DNA of 64,000 bases, taken from the NCBI GenBank assembly GCA_016186795.1, contig JACPKY010000002.1, positions 529,044 to 593,043 of the forward strand, written 5' to 3'. A program made the position numbers and the translations under genes. The notes beneath the pieces are model-generated. The model worked only from the letters and a program-made list of their open reading frames with translations, searched no databases and was not told where the DNA came from. This DNA comes from Candidatus Gottesmanbacteria bacterium. Lineage in GTDB: Bacteria; Patescibacteriota; Microgenomatia; 2-02-FULL-39-11. This document shows positions 58,133-64,000 of the stretch, in pieces. The first letter of the stretch is position 1. Every line of letters begins with the position of its first letter.

Positions 58133-59029
58133 TTAGCACTGTAGCGCTGTTTTTAGATTTTCGAGATTTTCTCTCTGGGCAGAAAAGTAGTCTTTTCCGG
58201 CTTTTTGGTCTTCGTCAGATAATCCTTCGAGAGGATCAAATACCAGTGTCTCAGCCCCAATTTCGCTTGCTATAGTTTCGGCAAGTCTCGGACTTACCAA
58301 CGTCTCAAAGAAGATGTACTTGACGTTATTGTCCCGTGCAAATTTCGCGACTTCTCCCAGTTCTTGTGGAGAAGGCTCTTGTTCGGGTGAAAGACCGGAT
58401 ATTGCAATTTGTTCAAGTCCGTAGCGGGAGGAAACGTACCCAAAGGCGGCATGAGAAGTGACGATGTTTTTCTGTTTACAGTTAGTAAGTCCATTTCTAA
58501 ATTCCTGATCCAGACTTGCAAGCTTACCATCAAGGGTTTTTATATTTTCTTCATAGAAAGACTTATTTTGTGGATCAACCCTGATAAAGGCTTCACCAAT
58601 TTTTTTCACTTCTAGCTTGGCAAGTACAGGATCTAACCATACATGGGGGTCAGTAATTTTTCCACCATCTTCTCCTGCGGTCACGACTGTTATACCTTTC
58701 CTTTCCAGTTCACCAATAAGTTTTTCGGCCCATGGCTCAAGACCAGCACCATTTATGATCAACATTTTGCTTAATTCAATTTTCACTATATCACCAGTAC
58801 CGGGTTCAAATTCGTGAGGCTCTGCACCGGGAGGGGTAATGTTTGTAACATGTACTTTCTCTTTGCCTATTTCACTAGCAAAAAACCAGAGTGGGTAAAA
58901 TGAAGCGACGACTTGCATTTTTTCCTCTAGTGGTTTTCCTGATTCACCCTTTTTGAAAATCCCAGCACCAAACAGGTAACTTATTACAACTACTGTCAAA
59001 ATACCGAGAAGAAAAAGTTTGATTTTCAT
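58133..59029 (-). CDS. znuA: Metal (Zn/Mn) ABC substrate-binding protein, TroA/ZnuA family
   Basis: SFYPLWFFASEIGKEKVHV ... PHEFEP are the His/Glu metal-ligand regions of cluster A-I SBPs. Start chosen at MKIKLFLLG. Confidence 0.75.
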   Translation of the reverse strand: MKIKLFLLGILTVVVISYLFGAGIFKKGESGKPLEEKMQVVASFYPLWFFASEIGKEKVHVTNITPPGAEPHEFEPGTGDIVKIELSKMLIINGAGLEPWAEKLIGELERKGITVVTAGEDGGKITDPHVWLDPVLAKLEVKKIGEAFIRVDPQNKSFYEENIKTLDGKLASLDQEFRNGLTNCKQKNIVTSHAAFGYVSSRYGLEQIAISGLSPEQEPSPQELGEVAKFARDNNVKYIFFETLVSPRLAETIASEIGAETLVFDPLEGLSDEDQKAGKDYFSAQRENLENLKTALQC

Positions 59030-59442
59030 AGCCGTTGACAATTGCCACAAATACCAAAAAATTCAAGTGCATGCTTTTCAACTCGAAATCGGGATTGTTT
59101 CTTTATCTGATTTAAAAGCAATCCCTCCTCTACTTGTACGTCTTCGATATTTTTGCATTTCATACAAACAAGGTGGTGATGGTGACTAGCCCCAATAAGC
59201 TCGTATCTACTCGTTTTATCTTCAAGCTGGATTTTTCGTATGAAGCCTAGTTTTTCAAAAAGTTCCAACGTTCTATATGTGGTAACAATGTCTACTTGTG
59301 AACCATTCTTTTTCAAGAACGCAAACACTTCTTTGGTAGAGAGAGGCTTTGTTGTAGAAAGCACCTTAAGAATTTCGGTTCTCGGAGTCGTTAGCCTATA
59401 TCCAAAATTTTGTAATTGGTTCGTATATTCTTTTACATTCAT
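59026..59442 (-). CDS. zur: Fur-family metalloregulator (Zur-like)
   Basis: Fur fold with HHHH and CxxC...CxxC (CMKC, CGNC). It is the first gene of the znu operon. Confidence 0.75.
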   Translation of the reverse strand: MNVKEYTNQLQNFGYRLTTPRTEILKVLSTTKPLSTKEVFAFLKKNGSQVDIVTTYRTLELFEKLGFIRKIQLEDKTSRYELIGASHHHHLVCMKCKNIEDVQVEEGLLLNQIKKQSRFRVEKHALEFFGICGNCQRL

Positions 59443-59446
59443 AACT

Positions 59447-59481
59447 GCAAGTAAGTTGCGTTATTATTGCAATTAAGTTGC
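59447..59481. promoter_or_regulatory. Two copies of a 13-bp palindromic box GCAA-N5-TTGC (59447-59459 and 59469-59481), candidate Zur operators overlapping a TTGACA promoter
   Basis: Seen in the sequence as gcaagtaagttgc and gcaattaagttgc, with centres 22 bp apart. They lie immediately upstream of the zur ATG. The minus-strand reading gives TTGACA, 17 nt, then AATAAT. Confidence 0.4.
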
Positions 59482-59541
59482 AAATTGTCAAGCGTATGAG
59501 GATTGAACCAGTTTTTAGAAGAAGAAATTACTAAACACTAC

Positions 59542-61992
59542 TCAATACCAAACACTATAGTTCCCGCTAGAGGTCTCAAACATGGCGTAACTTACCCCTT
59601 TTATAGTTTCTATAGAGTAATTTACAGCTATTCCGTTTTTTTTGACGCTTGATATATTCTCTCCTCCGAATGTTGAAGGTACCATTGCCATGAGTCCTGT
59701 CGAACCATCTCCCACTACCACATCAAAGGAAAGTTCATTTCCGGTCCAACTTGATATCGTAAGTGATGAGGTATTTCTTCCATCAAGCCATTTTAGAACT
59801 TGTCTTGCCGAAACGACAGATACTCCTCTTGCTTTCGCAGACGCAATAATTGCATCTGATCCTACGGAAGTTACTTTATCTGTATGCATATTGGCTGTAA
59901 AGATTCCATAATACCCTGTTGCGCCTAACGCTCTATCAAGGAGTGTATCAATCGTATATGGATACGTCTGACCTGATTCATCCGTCATCTGTGTCACCGC
60001 TTGGTAGACATCGATAACCGTCCCATCTACATCTGCAAATCTTTGGGGAAAACCTGACCCCGTAAACATGCCAGGTCGATTCGCTATCCAGCTCCCTGGC
60101 CAATAATAATATGTCGTATCGAGACGAATTCCGTACTTTTGCTCGGTTTTTGGCTGCGTTGCCCAATCCGACCAGGTGACACAATGGTTCCGCTCTGAGT
60201 TTGGTAACAGTATACTGGGGAACTTTGATTTAAACTGATTTAATTGGGTATTAAATGTGCTATCTAAAAATGCCGGTGTCCAATTGGCACAATTAGTATC
60301 AACATGAAGACCTACCTCAAAGCCGTCGTTTGTATATGATGCTGCCTGACTATCAGTCATAACAGTTGTTCCCCAAGGATAGAGATATGAACTACTTCTT
60401 ATGCACTCCCAACGATCTACTAAACAGCCAACAGGGCTTACCGATTTATAATAGTCAAACCTTCCTGCTGTTCCACCTCTCCCATGGTCATCCCCTGTCA
60501 TAAGAACTGCGGCTTTTTTACCAAATGGTAAGTACCAAAATTTTGGCAGTGGTTTTCGGTCTTCCATCATTTTATAAATAAGATTTACCAAAAAACGCTG
60601 TTGTTCATCTGCTTGTGGAATGGCAACTTTATTTAGATTAACCCAATCGGGAGAAGGAGAAATTACTGCATTCCCATAGAACAGATCATCGGACCGAATA
60701 ATACCTAATGAATCGCCATCCCTTTCCTGCCCTGCCCAGGAAGGATTTCCTTGCCGCGTATACACCACAGATCGAGCAAGGTCATAGGAAAATGCAACTC
60801 CCTGACCACCACTCGTACCCACAGTTTTGAATGTAACCGCAGGGTTTGGAAGAGCTGACGTGTCCGAACTATAAAGTGTAGCGAACTTTGTTGTCCCAGC
60901 GTTTAACGTATACAAATCAGAACTACCGTGAAACTGAATTGTTTCACCAACAAGTCCTATGCCGGGCTTTTGAGATGTATCAAAAAGAAGATATCCGTCA
61001 GAGACTGTTGTTGGACCTTTGACAATTCCCAAAAGTGTGGAAAGTTGCCCATCGGGTTTCATGGCAATGAGCTTGCCGCCCTGTTGAACCCATGTGGTAA
61101 GAAGAGATACTTGACTGGCATTTAAACTCATTTCTCCTAAAATCGCTATATGATAGGTATTTAATAGTGTCGAATTGAGAGTTGTGATGTCACGACTTTC
61201 AAAGATATTCATTCCTTCAGCACGAAGAATTTCTTCATAATAGTTCGTGAAGCGATTAGTTGCGGATGTAATAATAAGGAGTGGTTTATTACTCATCTGT
61301 ACTGTTGGGGTGGGGGTAGAAATTCGGGTGGGTGTTGGGGTACGTGTGGGAGTGGACGTAGGTGGTTTCGGTGTGGGAGTTTTGGTAGGAGTAACTGTTG
61401 GTTTCTTGGTTGGCGTTGGTGTAGGTGAATTATCTTTAAAAATTATATCTACCCAGTAGTTTGCTGATCGATAAGAGTTCACAGGAAATTTCGGCGTTCC
61501 CGTGTACACATAAAGACCGTTCGGACCATCAACTCCGTTTTTGAGGGCATGGATTGGTCCGTTGTCGACCCCTTGATTTAGAAAGTAATCAAACGTGTAC
61601 GGATAATGACCTTGTATCGCATGATAGGAAACTATGTAGGTCGTATTGGCAGAAATGGTAATTGGAGTAGTAAAATTTGCTTTCTGCCATCCTGATGCTG
61701 TTTCATTCGTAAATGTCACTCTGCCTAACAGTATTCCTGTCTTTGTCCATAAACTCCCTACATGTGTCCCACCATTCCCAGCTCCTTTGTAGAATTTTAT
61801 CCCGGTTACTTTCCCCGAAGTATCCACTCTGAATTTAACTCCTAATTCCACTGCCCTAGTGTCATTGGAAGTTGTATTTGTTGGGAGGGTAGAATTAGTC
61901 CAGATAGAACAGGGACACGAATAGGCGAAAGCGGAAGTCGGTAAAATTGAAAAGAGAAAACCTGCTAATAGCAAAGAAAAAAACTTCTTCAC
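59542..61992 (-). CDS. Large secreted protein: signal peptide, DUF4082 domain, Thr/Pro linker and a C-terminal putative carbohydrate esterase/deacetylase-like domain
   Basis: MKKFFSLLLAGFLFSILPTSAFA signal peptide. VELGVKF...GSLW...SGWQ...YIVSYH...NYWVDIIF matches DUF4082. The linker is PTPTPTKKPTVTPTKTPTPKPPTSTPTRTPTPT. The C-terminal region includes LMTGDDHG (NodB motif-1-like); that assignment is tentative. Confidence 0.55.
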   Translation of the reverse strand: MKKFFSLLLAGFLFSILPTSAFAYSCPCSIWTNSTLPTNTTSNDTRAVELGVKFRVDTSGKVTGIKFYKGAGNGGTHVGSLWTKTGILLGRVTFTNETASGWQKANFTTPITISANTTYIVSYHAIQGHYPYTFDYFLNQGVDNGPIHALKNGVDGPNGLYVYTGTPKFPVNSYRSANYWVDIIFKDNSPTPTPTKKPTVTPTKTPTPKPPTSTPTRTPTPTRISTPTPTVQMSNKPLLIITSATNRFTNYYEEILRAEGMNIFESRDITTLNSTLLNTYHIAILGEMSLNASQVSLLTTWVQQGGKLIAMKPDGQLSTLLGIVKGPTTVSDGYLLFDTSQKPGIGLVGETIQFHGSSDLYTLNAGTTKFATLYSSDTSALPNPAVTFKTVGTSGGQGVAFSYDLARSVVYTRQGNPSWAGQERDGDSLGIIRSDDLFYGNAVISPSPDWVNLNKVAIPQADEQQRFLVNLIYKMMEDRKPLPKFWYLPFGKKAAVLMTGDDHGRGGTAGRFDYYKSVSPVGCLVDRWECIRSSSYLYPWGTTVMTDSQAASYTNDGFEVGLHVDTNCANWTPAFLDSTFNTQLNQFKSKFPSILLPNSERNHCVTWSDWATQPKTEQKYGIRLDTTYYYWPGSWIANRPGMFTGSGFPQRFADVDGTVIDVYQAVTQMTDESGQTYPYTIDTLLDRALGATGYYGIFTANMHTDKVTSVGSDAIIASAKARGVSVVSARQVLKWLDGRNTSSLTISSWTGNELSFDVVVGDGSTGLMAMVPSTFGGENISSVKKNGIAVNYSIETIKGVSYAMFETSSGNYSVWY

Positions 61993-62189
61993 GTTTGTTT
62001 CCGAGCAGGCAAGTCTACAATCCTAACCTTATAACCTTTCCAAGTACCTGTCAATAGATTCTTTTGGTAAAATAGTTTAGCTATTCATAAAATGCTATCA
62101 AAGAGGAGAAACTACGTCAGTCAACAACTGATCAACTAGAGCTTCTTGGGATTGCGATTTAGGAAATTTAGCTCTGCTTCGATAATCGA

Positions 62190-62966
62190 TTATTTCTCAT
62201 CCACCACTTTTTCTGCTAATTTATCATCTTCGATAATGATGCGTACATTTCCAACTGGCATTGCAACTTCTTTGCATGTTTGAGTATCTTCTTGCCATTT
62301 CATGATATTTGACAGCGTCCAATTGGCAATCCCCTTTTCGGTTAAACAGCCAGAAACCACAAACGGTGCTTTATGATTACATCCCTCGATAACACCTTTC
62401 TGTTCTGTAAATATCGTAAAACAATTCCCCTCCCCTGAAATAAATGAGCCAATACCCGATCCTGTCTCACCAGCATTCTCTGTATAGTACTCAACGTCCA
62501 CCTTTCCGTCTCTTTTTTGATTAAAGAATCGGTAGTAAGTTTTATCAATTTCCGTTCCAACTGGAAAAACATTGCCACTGTCGAAATGGACAGTCCAGGG
62601 CGCAATATAATACTTCCCAGTTATATCCGGTGGATTGGAACCTGTATAGATAGGAAAGCCTTTTTCTCCTAGAGTCGTGATATCCTTTTTGTCGAGAAAT
62701 TCATTCACTTGAGAGGGAACTCCCCAAATCTTTTGGGAATACCAGCTGTACCCTATATAGAACGTTGCTACTCCAAAGGCGAGTATTCCCATCATGAGCG
62801 CAAGCCTAAGTGGCGACAAGCGGAAAACACCCTGTTTAGCTCTAAAACTAGAAGGAATTCTCCCGCGTTTCTGGGCAGATGGCATAGACTTATCTTCACT
62901 ATACGCGCAAAATTCAACCGTTGTCAACAATTCAGTTAAAATAGCTCGTGTATGATTCCAGTTCAA
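62190..62966 (-). CDS. Hypothetical membrane-anchored protein
   Basis: The probable start is MPSAQKRG at 62885, followed by a TM anchor. The soluble domain carries several Cys residues. No family recognised. Confidence 0.3.
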   Translation of the reverse strand: MNWNHTRAILTELLTTVEFCAYSEDKSMPSAQKRGRIPSSFRAKQGVFRLSPLRLALMMGILAFGVATFYIGYSWYSQKIWGVPSQVNEFLDKKDITTLGEKGFPIYTGSNPPDITGKYYIAPWTVHFDSGNVFPVGTEIDKTYYRFFNQKRDGKVDVEYYTENAGETGSGIGSFISGEGNCFTIFTEQKGVIEGCNHKAPFVVSGCLTEKGIANWTLSNIMKWQEDTQTCKEVAMPVGNVRIIIEDDKLAEKVVDEK

Positions 62967-64000
62967 CCCACATGTTTATGGCGATACCTAAGCATTCAAA
63001 AGCGTGTCAACCGCAGAAAAATCGAAAGCCGCTTCTATCTTTCCTGGGAAGATGGGTTATGGGATATCGTCAGGTCATATCCCATCACAGATGGAAGTAC
63101 AATTCTTGTCCCCTCTTTTTTCTGTCTTGATGTCATCAAGAATATAAAATCCCATGGACTTGTACCAAAATATTATTCTCTTGATGATAATCTGCAACCA
63201 GATGTAAAGATGCTCCAGACCCAGATCAAAAAAGAGAACCCAAAAATTCTTGTCCTTTTCCATGCTGTGGGTATTCAAAACAGATGCGTTACAAAAGCGT
63301 TTATTCGCAGATTACCAGGGAATCTTATCATCGTCGAGGATGCGGCTCATAGAATGATTGATCCAAAAGATCTTAAACTGTATCGGGAAAATTATTTTTG
63401 CATAACAAGTCTTCGGAAAGTCGTTCCATTGCAAGGAAGTTTCGTTTACGCAAGAAAGCATACCCTAGGGAAACTTATTGGACCTGAAAAAACTTTCAGA
63501 TACTCATCCGGAGTACTTCTCCTGTGGCTTTTCATGCAGATTGCATTGATACTACAAAAATATATCCCTCTGAAAAGCATAAGCATTGCCTGTGGAAAAA
63601 TTGCTGAATACTTTATGCAGAAGAGTTACGATCTTATTGGGAATAATATTCTTCCCGGATATTGTCCTTCCATTTTTGCCCGTATATACGGAGCTTTTGA
63701 CTATATGCATATCAGAAATGTTAAAGAGAATCAGATCAGAATTTATAACAAGATGATTGCATCAGAAATGAAACAGGACCGCTCCCATTTCTCGATTCCA
63801 ACATTTTCTCTTCTTGACTTCGGAAATCTTCGGGGATATCCAATTGTGCTTCCTTCCTCAACTGCGTCAAAAATTATCGCCTTTCTCAGATCGAATGGAA
63901 TTCTTGTAAAAGTGGAACTTGAAGGAAGTCCCTGGACAAGGAGTAAAACGATTATTTATCTTTCTTTAGGACTCCATGTGGAAACGAGAGATATTACTAC
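62952..64000 (+). CDS. DegT/DnrJ/EryC1/StrS-like PLP-dependent aminotransferase, partial (continues past the window end)
   Basis: Own translation from ATG 62952 gives ...ILVPSFFCLDVIKNIKSHGLVPKYYSLDDNLQPDVKMLQTQIKKENPKILVLFHAVG...IIVEDAAH..., which aligns to the DegT VIVPSFTF...IIPVHLYG...VIEDAAQA region. The frame is open to 64000. It is not in the ORF track because there is no in-window stop. Confidence 0.45.
   Translation, partial: MIPVQPTCLWRYLSIQKRVNRRKIESRFYLSWEDGLWDIVRSYPITDGSTILVPSFFCLDVIKNIKSHGLVPKYYSLDDNLQPDVKMLQTQIKKENPKILVLFHAVGIQNRCVTKAFIRRLPGNLIIVEDAAHRMIDPKDLKLYRENYFCITSLRKVVPLQGSFVYARKHTLGKLIGPEKTFRYSSGVLLLWLFMQIALILQKYIPLKSISIACGKIAEYFMQKSYDLIGNNILPGYCPSIFARIYGAFDYMHIRNVKENQIRIYNKMIASEMKQDRSHFSIPTFSLLDFGNLRGYPIVLPSSTASKIIAFLRSNGILVKVELEGSPWTRSKTIIYLSLGLHVETRDIT

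Noticed and set aside
1-64000. Search for CRISPR arrays, rRNA, IS elements/transposases, integrases and DGR reverse transcriptases
   Set aside because: No spacer-repeat periodicity, no rRNA-like conserved stretches, no DDE/tyrosine-recombinase or YxDD-RT motifs were seen in any listed ORF. The GC island therefore has no recognisable mobility gene in this window.

Overview
This is a low-GC (roughly 35-40% by eye), gene-dense bacterial window whose gene content suggests a Candidate Phyla Radiation/Patescibacteria-type genome (split purL/purQ, SUF Fe-S system, 2-oxoacid:ferredoxin oxidoreductase, many envelope glycosyltransferases, weak or absent Shine-Dalgarno sequences). That taxonomic call is inference only.

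Layout from left to right:
- 1-2.6 kb: cell-wall genes, namely a Mur ligase (partial), an NlpC/P60 peptidase and a PAP2 phosphatase.
- 3.1-15.6 kb: a large envelope glycosylation locus. It has two GT4 genes, three DPM1/GtrB-like GT2 genes, GT-C/YfhO-like polytopic membrane glycosyltransferases and a signal peptidase I fused to a CAP-like domain. All lie on the minus strand except the tandem GT2 pair at 4421-5823, which is on the plus strand.
- 15.6-17.9 kb: a sharply GC-rich (~60%) island encoding a two-TM membrane protein and a Thr/Pro/Ala-linker lipoprotein. Both ends carry hairpins. This is the most anomalous feature in the window.
- 17.9-18.5 kb: a gene-poor gap containing a perfect 18-bp palindrome.
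- 18.5-24.6 kb: a secreted DUF11-like protein with a C-terminal sorting-signal-like tail, two NUDIX-type hydrolases, a coiled-coil protein fused to a Cys/Met-metabolism PLP fold, an MFS transporter and purQ.
- 24.6-38.4 kb: purL, several membrane proteins, secA, a LysRS-HD-domain fusion, two compositionally odd unknown ORFs and greA.
- 38.5 kb: tRNA-Glu(CUC) with a near-consensus promoter. 56.1 kb: tRNA-Gln(CUG).
- 38.6-45.4 kb: a class I glutamine amidotransferase, a class A beta-lactamase-like protein, lon, and the OFOR alpha/gamma and beta genes.
- 45.5-50.9 kb: a contiguous Fe-S/redox supercluster (ferredoxin, sufU, sufS, Rieske, sufD, sufB, sufC, an Rrf2 regulator).
- 51-56 kb: idi, HAD, LOG, a Pif1-like helicase and a GIY-YIG nuclease.
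- 56.5-59.5 kb: a zur-znuACB operon with palindromic operator candidates.
- 59.5-62 kb: a large DUF4082 secreted protein.
- 62.95 kb to the window end: a partial DegT-like aminotransferase, absent from the ORF track because it runs off the edge.

No CRISPR array, rRNA, transposase or reverse transcriptase was seen.
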